Made by a program: the position numbers and the translations under genes. The notes under the pieces are model-generated. The model did not search any database and was not told the DNA's origin. It was given only the letters and a program-made list of their open reading frames with translations. Below, piece after piece: positions 38,996 through 54,350 of a stretch of DNA of 64,000 nt; position 1 is the stretch's first letter, and each line of letters begins with the position of its first letter. The DNA is taken from assembly GCA_003344405.1 (NCBI GenBank), contig NOWV01000027.1, positions 496,001-560,000 on the forward strand. Reading direction: 5' to 3'. Source of the DNA: Trichoplax sp. H2. Taxonomy: Eukaryota.

Positions 38996-40822
38996 ACCAA
39001 TGGCCTATCAGAAATTTTAGAAGTGATTACCAAATCACTTAGGCGGTGTAAATTGACTGATATTATCTTGACTATATAAAATAACTAATTATGAAAGAAA
39101 CAAGTCGAATTCTTTCTTTGACAACTGAAATATGCATCCAAAGAATCAATAATCAGATTAATCGAGCACGATATTTCCATTTTAGATATCTATTCTATAC
39201 TTTTACAAGGCCTGCTATCGTTATCTTTAACTAGGCTTATAATTAATTCAACGTAATCTTATTTTTCTCGGTAAGACTTCATATATTAAGATTTACTTTG
39301 GAATGTCTAAGATAAAATAGTAGAGAGAATACTCCTAGCTAGATTGTGCTTACCGACATAGAATTATCAGAAGAGATAATCTTACTGTGTTCTATAACTA
39401 TGTCTAATAATAGTTATTGTATATCGTAATTAAGTTAACTTCGTTCCTTGGGAATTTTTACCAGTGATTGATTAAATTAACAGTGATTATTGTTAGCAAA
39501 TAAGCGTTTCCAATCGTTAATAAATAAGCTATCCAAATTAAAAACAATAAAATTTCCTTTAGCAAGTAAACAATTTCTGTAACTATTTTCATCTTGTATC
39601 AGTAAATCTGTAATAGATGGATATTGTTTGTTCTTACTTGGTATGCCAATACTTTCTTACCTTTCTATTTATTAACTGGTTAAAATAAAATTCAATCAAG
39701 AAATTAATGAAATGTGTAAATAAAAGCATAAAAAATTAGAATTTGAATACATGCTGCAGTAATAGAAAATGGCGGTGATACTGTATTACTCTATTAACCT
39801 AATGCAAAGTTGAAAAAATTATGATTCGAATGGCAGACTTTTAATAAAAATTTAATCAATCATTAGTAAATATTATCATGATGGTACGTAATAATAATCC
39901 GCAGAGGCGGAATCTTATCTTATTTTGACGATGAATTTTTAATGTTTATGAACTGATTTTGTAATAGAATGATCGATCGTTGTAATATATACAATTCCCA
40001 GTTGCTAAGATAGTAAGATTGACTACTAAATAATAGCCTTGTAGTGCTGGTAGATCGAGTTTTGATTCTTCTTAACAATTGTAATCTTTTAATTAAGTGT
40101 GGCCACATAGTAATCAAGATAATATACGGTATAAATCTTAGTCTCGAGTATATTTACGAAGCTCAAGTTTGCGTTCAAGATGGAAAATTATCGCTTACGT
40201 ATCATATCAATTCTTATAGCATTCACATTCAGGCTCACGATAGTTATTAATTGAAATTTTTTATCTAGTGTAGTATGACAACGCTGTTAGCTATTATTCT
40301 TGATATTCATTCACCACTTCCGAATTATTTCAAATAACCCACATTGGTGAAAGAAGTGAAGAACCTAATTTATAGTAATCAATTAAGATAAGTATAACTA
40401 GAGTTAGTATAGCATTAATAATTTACGTCATGATGACATCAATATGGAAAAATTATTATAATGATATAATCATAAACTGTTGATGACGGCTATAAAATAA
40501 ATGAGAAGATAATCAAATCTTAAATGACTCTTGAATAGGATTACTTCTAAATATAAATCATAATTGTTCAGTGAGGTTGAGTCTACTATCGAGCAGATGT
40601 TATCTTATTAAAAGGGCTGAAATTAAACTTTATGGTAAGTATCTTTGCTAATACATTACTAGACTAGTCTATTGGAAATGGGGTGTCTACAGGAGATGGC
40701 TGTTTTTGGGCCGGAAATGGCATAGAATAAATCTTATACCATCTCAATCAACAACCAAATAGAAATGGTGACAATTACCGAATATGTTATCTTATGATAT
40801 GTTCATTTTAAGAAGTAAATCT

Positions 40823-41010
40823 TAAATTATAGAGAAAAATCCAGTCAGCTTTTGTCTGAATAAAGAATGTATCATTTACGTTATCGAAATCAAAACATAT
40901 CCAACATAAAATTCAATCCAAAATCAAATTAGAGAAAGATCAAGTCAGTTTATATTTGAATAAATAGTGTGTTATGCATATTATTCAGATCAAAACAAGT
41001 CTACATATGC
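40823..41010. repeat. ~100-bp diverged tandem dimer
   Basis: aaatt..agagaaa.atc.agtcag.tt...tgaataaa...tgt...atcaaaaca...c.acata at about 40824 and 40926. Confidence 0.7.
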
Positions 41011-44000
41011 CGGCAATTATCTTAATAAATAGCATCGAATTTCTTTTCAATCATTATGCTATAGACATTATTTTAAATATTTTACACAATAAGATTAAAT
41101 AAAATGGTTAGGCTAGGAGAATAGAAAATTATTATTGTTATATACATATACATACACTCGATAGATATTAAAAATTGAAAATTGCTGATTGATCTATTGT
41201 AGGGATTTAGCCCAGAGCTGATGAAAGAGAATATTAGATTTCCTTCTTCAGATAAAGAATTAAAATGAAAATGAAATAATTAATTGGAAGCATAAGAGAT
41301 ATTCTGTTACAATAAATATACCAGCATTAATATTATTGGCTAGTGAATATCATCAGTGTCGTTAGAAATGAATTTAGAAATCGAAAGAAAAAAAATGTGT
41401 ACTATATAATATCTTGACTAATATAGTTATAAGTTAAAAAATTGCTGGATAATAAAAATATCGATATTATCCAAAATAGACCTTCAAACCTAAGGCAGAC
41501 ATTTATAAACAGTATTACAACAACATAGACCAGCGCAATTTTGGATCACAACATGATTTTTGCAATTTAAAATCTTAATAGTCATTATCAATATTATCCA
41601 AAATGTGCCTTAAAGTCTGGGGAAATAAATAATATTACTTGAACTAATATAATTATAAATTAGATAATCATTGAAAACGAATCTTGAAATTGGAGAAAAA
41701 TATAGATTGTGCAGATCAATGAGACGAACGTAATTATAAAATAGAGAATCATTCTCTGTTATTTGATAATCAATATATCGAATTGATCTAAAATGAATCT
41801 TAAAATCAAAGGAAGACATACGGCGCAATATAATATACTAATACAATTGTAGGTCAAGAATCGCTTTCTATAAAGAAGTGATTTATTTGTTATGGTAACA
41901 TTAACTTGATTATATAATAATTAACATGCCACATGGAAATTTACACGCCAATTATTATTGATCATAGCTTATAATTACATCCTATCAGGCAGATCTATTA
42001 TCGCAATATGAATCAAGCTGAGCTATAAAGGTAATAATGTATAGATAAAATTATATTTGCTGCTAGATAATGACATAACCAAATATTTGGCAAGTATCTA
42101 TAATATGTCTCCTTGCTACTTGATCAATTTATTTTATTCAATCCCTTGCCATACCGAGGCAGAATAGCTAAACAATACTTTTTAAATAGTAACTATAACT
42201 ATATCCTACTCCATTATAAAGCAAATTGATTCTTTTGGAAACGATAATTAGACTAGCCATGATGTAGCCCTGTTCACAGTCCATGATAGCAATATGTATT
42301 AGTTTCAGTTAATTACAGTAGTTATTGAAGTACGGTAGCATTAAGAAGTAAAATAGTCTACTATGCTTATGATCTTGTGCCAAATTAGATATTAACTCAA
42401 CTTTAATAACTCAGATTATGAGTTAGACGATTGCGAACCTAAGGGGTTGTAAACCCGAGCACTAAACAACGGTAATCCGTTATCAGTGTACCTTTAAGTT
42501 ATAATGGGGGAATATCGAAATAGGACAAAGAAAAACAATCTAAACGCAAATAAAATTTACTGAACACCATCTATATGTAGCCATTAACTAGTCTCAATTA
42601 TTGTTTATAACACCTGTATAGCCATCTATTTTCTCAACTGATTCAACCGTCATCGGCATTTTGCAGAAGTACGTAAATTCGTTAAAACATTATTCCTAAT
42701 ACTCCAAATGAACCGAAAACGAAATTTTAGTACACCTATAAAATTTATGAGAAGGGTATTAACTTGAAAACCAATACAAATCAATCAAAGGGAATAAACA
42801 TCATTCGTATTTAACTTCTGCCCTAAGGCTTCATCATTGAACAATGCCGACGCAAAATGCAATAATGCCTTGCTTGATCAATGGTTAATTTACCTCACCA
42901 GTAGAATGAGATTATTTACAATCTTCTATCTATTCTTGTCAAGCTATAATTTTTTATCAGCAATTATAAAGGACTTGAGCCTTGAAATAGAGATAGAATG
43001 GCCATAAGCATTAAGAAAAGCAATTTCAACAAGATAAAAAACATACGTACGTAAGATGATCATAATAGATGCATTAATTCGCAGTAGGAAATGTCCCAGC
43101 ATGACAACACGTTACAAATTAAACTGTATACAGGAATTATGGTTCGGGGATTGTTATTCTAATGAGGCTAATTCAACAGACTTATTGTCTGTTCGATTCA
43201 AATAAGAACTAAAAAATATCAGGACATCGCGAATAAGATAGAGAAAGGGAAAGCAATTCTAAGTATAATTTTTTTTAATCAAAGATCCAAAAGGTAGACC
43301 GCTGTGATTAGGATAATTTTACTCATATACTATCATTTCTCGCTTTCCTATAAGTTTGCTAAAGCCTATCGGGATTTTAAGTGTTTCATCCTACCAATAA
43401 ACGGGTTGCTACCGATACTAAATTGCATCAACTGGTTTAAATTATCATCTTTGTCAATGTAATATTACTGCTTTCTGTCTCTTAAATTAATTATATGATA
43501 TCTTTATTTCATAGAGTATTCATCGGCAGTGGAATAAACTCTTATTTACAGCATCATTAACATATCGTTGCCAAATCAACTCTTTTTTACTGAATCTGCT
43601 ACCTCTGCGTAAAACTACCGTAAAACACTTAAATCATTATTTTCATTAAGATATAATTTTTCTTTTCTTTCATTGTTTTAGCAATGTCTTTCTTTTAGTA
43701 TGCTATCGCCGTTCCCTAAAGAAGATTTTCCCTTCTACCTACCTGATGATACGTAATATTTAAATTAATTCTACAAATATTGTTTTGTTATTGCTCTTTT
43801 CTTTCAGTAGATGAGAAATCCAACATGTGACATTTAAGTTAATTGTCTTTAATAGAATAGATTCGCCATGATTATATAAATCAAGAGTATGAACAGCAGC
43901 TTTGTTTCTATTTTGTTGCAATCCTTAATGGATTATAAACTACATTTATTGTTTATTGTGTAGCACATAACAACAATAATATTTAGACGCATCCAACAGC

Positions 44001-44178
44001 ATTCGTGAAGTTAAAATATAGAGCAATGAATGGCATCAATGTGTTAAGCCGATCGTTACAAGGCATACCGCATCATGAGTGTTTCTAATTGTAATCGTCA
44101 AGTTGTGCGTAACTGTAGTAAAGGTTGCGGTAAATTCAATCAGTATAGATATTTCTACATAGTCAACTTACGGTATCT

Positions 44179-44680
44179 TAGGATAAATATCTGACAGTAA
44201 TTTTGTATGAACAGTATGCTTTCTATAATGCTATGTATGGTAAGTATCTAAGGAAATTATACTTGGAAATTAAATAGTCAAGTAATGGCATGATTGCCTA
44301 CGTTAATAAAATGATTATTTTATGACAGTATTTAACGATTCTACGTTGTTAGATAGGAATATAGGATGCTCGTATTACTCTAGTAATATATATAAACAAT
44401 TCTAAATAGTGACAATGGCCTTTAACTGGATCTAGGATAAACATTTGACAGCTATTTCGCAAATAGTATGCATTCTATATTGCCATGTATAGTAAGTGTC
44501 TAAGGAAATTACATTTAAAAATTAAATAGTCAAGTTATGGCACGATGGCCTATGGCATCAAAATAATTGCTTTACGATAGCATTTAACGATTCTACGCTG
44601 TAAGATAGGAATATAGGATGCTCTTATTACTCTCTAGCAGTATAAACTATTTTAAATAGTAATAATGCGCTTTTACTAGA
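44179..44680. repeat. ~253-bp tandem dimer
   Basis: taggataaa...tgacag...taag.tctaaggaaatta...attaaatagtcaagt.atggca...tttaacgattctacg.tgt.agataggaatataggatgctc.tattactct is repeated at 44179 and 44433. Confidence 0.9.
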
Positions 44681-47232
44681 AGTTTGATAGACTCCTTGAT
44701 AAAATTACTATAAAGAGGATGTGGTTACCATTATTCAATTTGAAATATCTCTAATATGACAGACTTATTGTGAAGTGGAATGTAGGTATAAATATGCTAG
44801 AAAGCTCGATCAAAAGTAAATAGATCAATATTATAGTGCGATAGCCTACACGAATAAAGTGATTATTTTAAGATGTTATTTAATGAAACCGTGGCAGGGA
44901 TTGGAATACAGTATGTCGCTGTAACATGTACCGTTTTAGTAAATTGTAATTTATTCCGAGTAAAAGGTAATTCATTTTCATGGTTAAGTTATGGCCATCA
45001 GACATTTTACTAGTGTTAATGACACAAGGTGAGAGTATGGATCTAAAAGCTTCATATAACGTGAGAATTAGCAACGATAACAAACGACAATACTTTACGA
45101 ACTCATGGATTATTGTTTCTACGAATTACTACAATATTTATAAGACTAATCTCAAGCAATTTTATGGGCTTAATATTTGCTAGCACACCCTTCACTCCTA
45201 ATACTTGCCTAGTCTATACTTGCGCTTCTTACTTTAGTATGTACTGAAAAGTACACACATGGATAAAATTATTTTAATATAATAGATTTCACATACGTCT
45301 ATTATACTTGCCTATGCGAAATACTATAAATACGGTACCAAAGTATTGCACTTATCAGAAAGTAAATTACGAATCTGTTCGATTGATATTATATCTTATT
45401 TAATATTTAATTACAGTAGCAAATTAGGATAGTATATAACACTTAAAGTAGTACTTTATTCTATTTCTATCGTTATCAGGTTATAGTTGTTATAATGTCA
45501 GTAATTGAAGTTATTAGTTGGAAATCGATATCCATATACCTGCATAATGATTTAAACTATAAATATTTGCTAGAATAATCCTGTTACTTTGCTGACAGTG
45601 ATCTTGTAGTTCATTCTTTCATTCATTCCCTACAACCTCATACTAGCCCAATTTCTACAGTGAAATTCTACTAGAACTGAAAAATTAGTAAATTTTAGCT
45701 AGCAATTCCATAAATAGAATGCTTTTCTATTTTTGTGTTTTCGTCAGGCAATATCGATCTGAATTTTCCAGTTGTTCGGTTCAATAAAAAAATGTTACAA
45801 TCTATGATAGATTCGCTACTAGAGTATTCAATCAGAAGTCACCACGTAGCCTTGGTACTGAAGGACATTGAGAGTAATTCATAGCAATTTTACGGATTTA
45901 TATACTTGATAAGTTTTACTCCCTTCTAGATATAAAGCACGGTATCGGTTAAACTGGTGATTAAATCAGGTTTGACAAGCAACCTATTTGATGGCAGATA
46001 CAGTCGTATAATTTTCGCTCGGCTATTGCATCCAATGATAGTTCTAAAATTCAAGATTATAATTGAATTATTGTAAACTTATGGGAAACTAATTGCAATA
46101 CCATACCATCAAAAAACTGATAATCGAATTGTAACATTATTTATATGAAAACTTATGTTGAGCGGTTTTAGTTTATTTTACCCCATGACAGACACAACGT
46201 CCAATAGAAATATGAATTAGTTAAATAATCGTAGAAGCAGTTAATACATGTGCGTCATCATTAATAACAAGAGATTTAATACCTTCAAAATTATTAATAT
46301 AATATTGATAATATTATATTTAACACTAAGGCTAAATTTATATATTACTGTTGATGAATAGCCGAATCAAAACATTTTATACATTAAAAAATAGCAAATT
46401 ATGAAATCAATAACAATACCACGGTAAGAGTTTTAAGAATGTAATATTACAATTAATTAATAAAATATCAGATAAAAATAAACTGGAGCAATCATGTCCA
46501 TGCAATGTAACGTAACCTTTCTATCACTATACAGAATATATATATACAGTTGCAATATTTTGTAGTTACTAACAATACGCAGTATAAATCCAGCTATTTC
46601 ACCGTTATTATTACAATTTCATTTCTTGCAATACATTACTATTGACTTAACTTAGTTAACTATTAAATACCTAACAGCACTAATAAGCTGTCATGGCTGG
46701 TTTCTAGCAACATAATTAAATAGAATATATTTAGGATTCATAAAATCTTAAATATAGAATTTTGCTTGTTACCAACATTATTGTTGTACAGTATATCTAA
46801 GGTATCGTTAATAAATCTTTTACGAAATGAATCTGAAATACAGGTACTTTATGTAAGATCTCAATTACTTACTCATATGCTACTACTCCGCATGGATCAC
46901 TACTAATAATACTACTACTGACCTATTACTAAATCTCTGATGTAATGATATACGAACAGATTGAACAAGTAAAATTTTTGCATTCTTGACATGATCCTAT
47001 AATATTTCTCAATCCATTTATGAATAACACAAAGCACTCCCTAGGATTTCTAAATTCTAGCATAAAATAATCACAATAAAATAATACAGTTTCAGAAATG
47101 CAGCCGAATTAGAATACTAAGATATATTTACCAACATTGGCTGCACTTAGGCAATAACATATATACTGTAGAAAAATCCCTTTCGATATAGGAGGGTTAA
47201 AGTTGAAATGATAAGACTCCACACCATTTCCT

Positions 47233-50200
47233 TTACAAACACACCCAATCACTCTCATCGACGTCTATCTCGTTATCTAATGAATGACGCAGAATGTCAA
47301 TTTCACGACGAATTAATATTCCATCCTTATCAATACCCCACAATTCATCTAACGGCGTAGCAGAAACTCTGCTAACATTTCCAGGCACTTTTTTCCAGTA
47401 ATCACCAGCGATATTATTTGGCGTAATTCCATAGCGACAGATCAAGCTACCATCGGGACAAATGGCCCATATAAACCGGTTACTGATAGTTAGGGCCACA
47501 GCTGAAGCTCCTATTTTAACATGCATAAATGACTGCTGTATTACAGAACTCTAGTTATAACTATCATAATAAATGATAACATATTAAAATTGATTACAAA
47601 TCAAATTTAGGATCGATAATTCTTACCTTGCACTTGCTCCCATGATTCTCCTATCGGAAATTCAGGTCGAATGCCAGTTCGTACATAAATATTATTCTTA
47701 TTATCGCACGTCCATACCATCCAATCTCCAGGACTTGTGTATATTTGTACAAAATGACAGCTATGTGGCAATTGACTGTCAACTGGTATCCAAGCTGGTG
47801 TTGTAGAAATGGATGCTTGTAAATCAGCAACTCCAGTTCGATACCAAATACATCCATTAATATCAACGGCCCATACACTAAAAATTCCGCAAGAGACACT
47901 AACCATGGGGACATTGCCTAATTGAAAAAGATCCACGATATTCCATTCATCGCCTTGCCGATAGTGTTTCGTAATGTTCTTTCTTACTAATAATTTCCCA
48001 TCTTTACTAATAGCCCAAACACCTTCAGCAGACGAACAGATTTCTTTAATCGAAATTGGTGCCTTAATATTACTTAGCCTATTTTGGCCTAGAAAGATAA
48101 ATTTAAGAGTCAGTTATTTTAATATTATATCACTATTATTAAAATTTTGTTAATTAAAATGATATCAGTTTCATACGCGTGGTTTATTAATTCGATTATA
48201 CCGTCAATTGTAAAAACTTCATCACTTTGTTGCACCACCCAAATTAGACCAGCATCATCGCCATAAGATGATGCCGACACTAACTTAAAGGGAGTTGACT
48301 TTGCAACTCCAACAAGATTCGATGGTCCCCAAAATGTTCCAGTTAAATTTCCATGTGCAATATACATGTTATTATTATAGCTTAGGACACATAGGCCGGA
48401 ACCAGGTGTACAGACAACAGCTTTCGCTTCATTCTTTTTGGCAAAAGTAGATATGATTGTATTTATTATAGATGCTTCCTGGTTCACTTGATAGGTTCCA
48501 AAAGAAATTTGATACCATTTATTTTCGCCAAATGGATTTTCAGCCGTAACACCTTTACGATAGTAAATGTCACCGTGGCAATCAATAACCCAAGCGAGTC
48601 GGCGTTTGAAGTCTTTCAAACTGATATAGGTTACCTTCAGGTTTGATAATTTTGCCCATGAATCGCCGACGAGAACATCCGGTGTTACATTCAATCTTAC
48701 CATGATGTAACCATTTCGATCAATTGCCCAAACAATATTATTGTTGCAGGCAACCATAACAACACCGGTTTTCGTGGGAACTCTATTCCATAAAACGCCA
48801 CCAGGTTGAAAATCCGAAATACCTAGTCTAACAAGGCAAAGATGCTTTCGTGTAGCAGCCCATGCACAACCATCACTAAGATCAAGTTGCGTAATTGAAT
48901 CGATATCATCTGTTAAGAATGACCACGCCTTTCCAATTGGTACGCCTGGCCTAACAATTCCGGTCCGATAACCCACTTTTCCACGACTTGTAACACACCA
49001 AATAGTGTCACCGCTAACGGAAGTAGCAATTTGAATAGCATTTCCATCTATTCTATGCCATGTACGATTTGCAGCATCTGTGGGCATGTAGTAAATACGT
49101 TCACTTTTATCGCAACACCAAATCAAGCTATTTGATGACGTAATGTAATTCATAGGTGCGAAAGTTTGCTCCAGATAGTTTCCTCCTGGCCCAGGATATT
49201 CAGACCAAGTATCGGCAATAGAAGGAACTGAAGATGAAGCAATATTGTGTTCACTTTGTGGACTTTCCTTCGGCCTTGCGATAGTTGTATTTTCCTTATC
49301 CTCACGGGGGCTTCCAGCGCTGATAATATCAGGCTGCTGTTTTACACTTTCATCGCTTTTATCCTCCTTAACACTTGTATCAGTATTAATTGTTGCAGTA
49401 CTCAGTATCACGTTGCTGCAATCATCTGCATCCAAAGTAATATTACGTTCTGGAGCTTCAGCTTCAGGGGAACTACGTGAATCTGTGATATCGTAAGTAT
49501 TAGCTATCGCATTATTCTCTGATAGATTATTATCTTCGGTCGATTCTTTCTTTATCGTAGCTAAATCTTCATCATGATCTTTGTTACATACTTTCGACTG
49601 TAATTCCTTATCAGAATGTGTCTTCATAACTTCTGTAGTACTTGCATTCTTATCGCAAGATAGGGGGTTTACTTCAGCGGTTATACAATAATTATCGTTG
49701 TTATCAACCATTTGAGAAACAACATCGATAGATAAATGAGAATCTGTATCTCGTTTATAGATTTCTTCACGCGATGTAACATTATTTGTATTGCTGAAGT
49801 TAGATCCGTCAGGTTGAGCTAAGTTGCTAAGCTTTGATTCACTTTCTTTAATGTCAATTGGATTTAATTCGTCATCATCTGTAGGCATGTTAACATCCAT
49901 GATATCGCCTAACTGTTTAGTGGTATCATTCAAGCTGTATTCCTCCTCTTTTAAAATATCACTAACACTGGTTTCCATTATTTGCAAATTTTTACTGATG
50001 TTGTTTAATTCTTCAGTTATACTTAAGGCAGAATTATCTACTGGCAAAACCGTTTCCTTTATCGTAAAATCTTTTTGATTTTCATTTAGTTCTTTGCCCG
50101 CTACCTCATCGGTATCCGCTTTGTTATTATCGCCATGTTCTTCGTTATCCGTCGTTTCTGAAAATAAAGTCGCAGTTAAATGATGAGGTTCGACAATTGC

Positions 50201-53200
50201 AAGTCTGTTATTTGTTTACCACAGCTAATTAAAAGTAACAGCCTAATTTTAGCTAAATATGGCAGGTCGCCTTAATGTTAATGTTTGCGCTTTAAAAATT
50301 GCACTTATTACGTAATCAAGAATGATATAAGTTATAATCTATTTACCAGTTGGCTTTCGTTTTATATGTTTCTTCTTCTTCTTTCTGGTAGAATGGTGTA
50401 TAACAACTTCCTCTTCGACATTATCTTGAGGTAGTGTTTGGCTAATATTTTGAGGGTATAAGTGAGTGTCCATATGTTTTGATAATGGAGGAACCACGAC
50501 CGTGGTTGAATTGGCCTTAATATCATACGCGTATAAAAAAGTTAGCGATATTAAAGTATCTCTTCATAATAACATACTAATAACAGCTTTTGATAGAGTT
50601 AACCGACTAAATATAGATATTAGTAAATGAAAGTTGCAACTTACAAAGCCTTCAGTTGATTGCTCTTTTGATTTATGATGAGTAAATATAGAAGCAATTT
50701 TTTTCCCTATAGGAACATGTTCTTCCGTTATTCCAGAATCTTTGTCTTCAGGAATGTTACTGGTAGCAGGTGGTAAGATGGTATGTTCTTCCACAGGAGG
50801 AGGGGAGCGAGGTACTTTTAAATATGGCAAGTTATTGAAAAGAAATATTAACGTAAATAATGCAACAGTAAATTTGTCTTATATTATCAATTGCAAAGAC
50901 TTAAAATACGTGTATTTTAGTTTCCATTACCCACAGAAACGGAAGATGCCAGAGAAAGCTTTAACAACGGTTTTTCATTTCCAATTCGCAATAAGTATAT
51001 ATCTGTGTCCGTTAAAGCTACATCAATGATGTTTCCGACATCAATACTACCACCAACAATGACTTGTTTTAGGGGGTCGATGATCCATAAATAGTGACTA
51101 TACCAGATACATAGATACTGATTGTTGAATTTACGAACGAGCCCAAATTGTAAATTCTGCGTTATAGGATTTTAATGATGTTTTATGGTTAAAATGATAC
51201 TTGTAGTGAAATTTTCTATTACAGTGATTCAAAGCAAATACTATTAGGTAATGTTACAACCTCTTCGTAATCAGTACTGGTCGGTAAGGAAAAACAACCC
51301 AGCATTGCAATTGGTGGATACATTCCTTTTATAATTGCGTCTTTAAATATCATGGTTGTTTGGACTTTTCCTTGAACATCTGCCTTCCATAATCGTAGAC
51401 CTGGTCTACATGCATAGATACTGATTTGATCATCATTGGTCCATAAACATGCGCCTACATCTGCGGGTCTAAAATTATTAATTGCTCACTTTAACAAGTA
51501 TAAAGATCGTTGAATTTGCAAATTTTGGGTCGTGTGTAATGAATGATAATTATCTTCATTAAAAATAAAAATAATATTTACGATTTTCGAGGTTTTGAAC
51601 CAACTTGCTGTATGACAATTTCCTTTGATTTGGGATCACAATTACAAATAAAGCATTTCATCTTTGATGAAACGACTAAGTAATTGTTTAAGAAATCAAG
51701 CTGACAGATTCCGGAATCTTCATGAATTAGGACACTAGATCTCAGTTGTCGCTAGAACACAGCAAAATTCATTTTAAAAAAGTTTTAAAATATAGCACAA
51801 CATCTTCAAATTCGTATAGTAAGTATCTTTACCTGTTCAAAATCGATCAAAGTGACAGATACTTTCCCCGAGGCGTCACCGGTAAAAAGTCGCTTGCCGT
51901 TTGGAGACCATATCATGCATTTTATATTTGCAACATGGCTAGATTCAATCGATTTCTTTACAAGCTGAAACAATTTTTTGGAGTATTATTGATTTAATTC
52001 TGAGCTAATTATGTTGTACAATCGACTAAAATTCTACTTTTTATATTTTATGGATTTATTAAAAATTGTTGAAGGTATTGAAATTGAATTGTTGGACAGA
52101 CCATAGACAATGTTTACTAGTATAATATTTAGCATAAATATTGCTATTAACCTCCGTAACATTATCTCTAGATATCCGTAACTTGAACACTACCAACGTT
52201 CCTTTGTTACTACCGCAAGCTAGGTAATCATGAGAATTTTGCATGGCAAGACAAGTAATTTCATGCTTTCGGTTCTGATTAAAGATAATGCCAATGTATA
52301 ATTAATAAAAGTCAACGTTATGACCATCAATAGCAGTTATAAGCATCCTACACGGGAATCGTTACGCATTTCAAATCAAAGGTAATATCAGCTTGGTATG
52401 CCGTAGATATTCATCTGTTAATAACTGTATAACAAGTATGCATCATACATAATGTACCTCAGCATGGATCTTAGCCAAGACGCCGTAAAATTTCTCTAGG
52501 ACGTAGATAACACCTAAGTTAGTTCCTATGAAAATGAAACTATCTTTGGCTGTAACTGAGGTTACATGTTGCTGGTATGAGATCAGGCCACTGATAGCCT
52601 TTTTAGGTATCAATTGCAGTAGTTCGTCCAATGGCTCTAACTCCGACATTATAACATCGCGCCCTGGAACTAAGCCTATGTAATTAAGGTAACATCTTTT
52701 TATTACGTGCGAGAATAAATATTGGCTACTGCTAGTTACATTATCTTACCACACAATCCAAAAATTGTTACAATTTTACTTTATGAGATTTGAAAGTCAT
52801 CATACTATGCTAGGAAAGAAAGAGACTAACAATTCTACTATATCGGTATGTCTACGTGAATTTGGGTTACTGAAATAATTATTATACTAGTGTGAATACA
52901 ATCTATGCGTGTTAAGTCAGTATCAGATTTGGAGGCTTAAAGGTTTTATGTCATGGAATTGTTAGCCAAGTGTGAATGATCATGATTGTGTACTGTATAG
53001 AGTAAAGCATACGCGTAAAATATTTAAGATTGCAAAATATGTCGATCCAAATTAAATAAAATTATGATAGTAGCGTACGCGTATATCCTATTTTCATGAT
53101 GAATTTCTCTTTTCATCACTTTATTAGAAGGATAGCGTATTCATTTGTGTTGTCTCATTGGTAACGGGAACAATTGTAATAAAATCTATCATCAATTACA

Positions 53201-54190
53201 ACTACATCTAAATGAATTAATATGCATCTACAAATATCATCCTGTACAGTATTGTAATATTAGCATGTATTCATTTAATCGAATCGATGTCCAATGGCTT
53301 CGCTTTCCCTAGCTAGGTATTTGTTTTCATCTTACTCATTTGCAGAATACGCGTACCGAAATCATCTATCCTTGATACATGCTGTATAATATACAATGTG
53401 TAGTCATGAATTACAACTATGCTTGCAATATATTGCTAAATAGGAGTGGAAGTTGTTGTAGAGTACAATAAGAATAAGTTACACGTATAAACATTATCTT
53501 GGTGCAAAGTGAAAGCTATCCATTGATCCATCTTTACTGTATAACTACATGATACCACTTCTCTCTCTGCAAGTTTTCTATCAACCATACAGTAGCAATT
53601 AGCAAGCGGACAGTGGTTGGTTTGTACTGATCTGACATAGGATTTCTTGCAAGTAAACTTTTGCCGTACTAGCGTTCACTTTGCATTCTACAAATCCCTG
53701 GCTAATGGTTGTTGTTTAATTCCAAATTTGAATGCCATTCTCATGATCAACGGGGGTGGTTTATCGACATAGCGGGGTAGTCGGCATGATCGCTTTAATG
53801 AAATTATTACTTTATTAAAGCGATCGAATTATCTCTATGTATAACGCGCAGTGAAAGAAATTGTATACTACGAATTCTTATAGATACTGTTCATGTCCTA
53901 TTCAAGTTTTATTACTCTATGAAAATTTTCTTGCAATGATTAGTACAACTGCTGTGTATGCCTGGCCTAAGCTACAAGCTTCTTACTCATAGCGTAGACA
54001 GGATTCATTAAAAATGAATTTATCGAATGTCAAATGGTCCATCCCAATTGACTCAAGTTATTGTAACAATTGTATTGAATCCTTACCGACTTGATCCCAA
54101 TCATTTCCTAGAATTATTTTTTCATATATGACTCAGCATCGAAGTATTCAAGACGAACTTACCGTCAAATGATTCTTCTTCATTCGCCAT
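47233..54190 (-). CDS. TECPR2: Tectonin beta-propeller repeat-containing protein 2 (N-terminal WD40, acidic linker, TECPR repeats, C-terminal LIR)
   Basis: Exon 1 MANEEESFD (54190-54163) splices in phase to GLVPGRDVIMSELEPLDELLQLIPKK (52675). Further motifs: FIGTNLGVIY, LACGSNKGTL, WSPNGKRLFTGDASG, CRPGLRLWKADVQGKV, RKKKKK tract, a 1956-nt exon 50157-48202 with TECPR repeats (VWAIDRNGYIMVRLNVT, WVIDCHGDIYYRKGVT), and end DESDWVCL*. Confidence 0.93.
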
Positions 54191-54350
54191 TGCTTGGGTG
54201 CAAGTGGTAATTCAAGCTGTCAATTTGGATAGATTGGAATACGGTAGTATTTTACTGTCTATCGATAGAGTTCTACCGCACATTAAATATTCTATCCTAT
54301 CACGAATAACTTGAAGAATTGCCTTAGGGATTTTAGAAAATTGATTTCAC

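Noticed and set aside
53300..53800. Coding-looking GC-richer patch in TECPR2 intron 1
   Set aside because: All minus-strand frames are interrupted by stops, and exon 1 joins exon 2 in phase without it; a pseudogene relic cannot be supported.
47233..54190. Alternative identity as HPS5 or TECPR1
   Set aside because: An HPS5-like WD40 N-terminus combined with C-terminal TECPR repeats and a terminal LIR is the TECPR2 architecture; no dysferlin or PH domains were seen.
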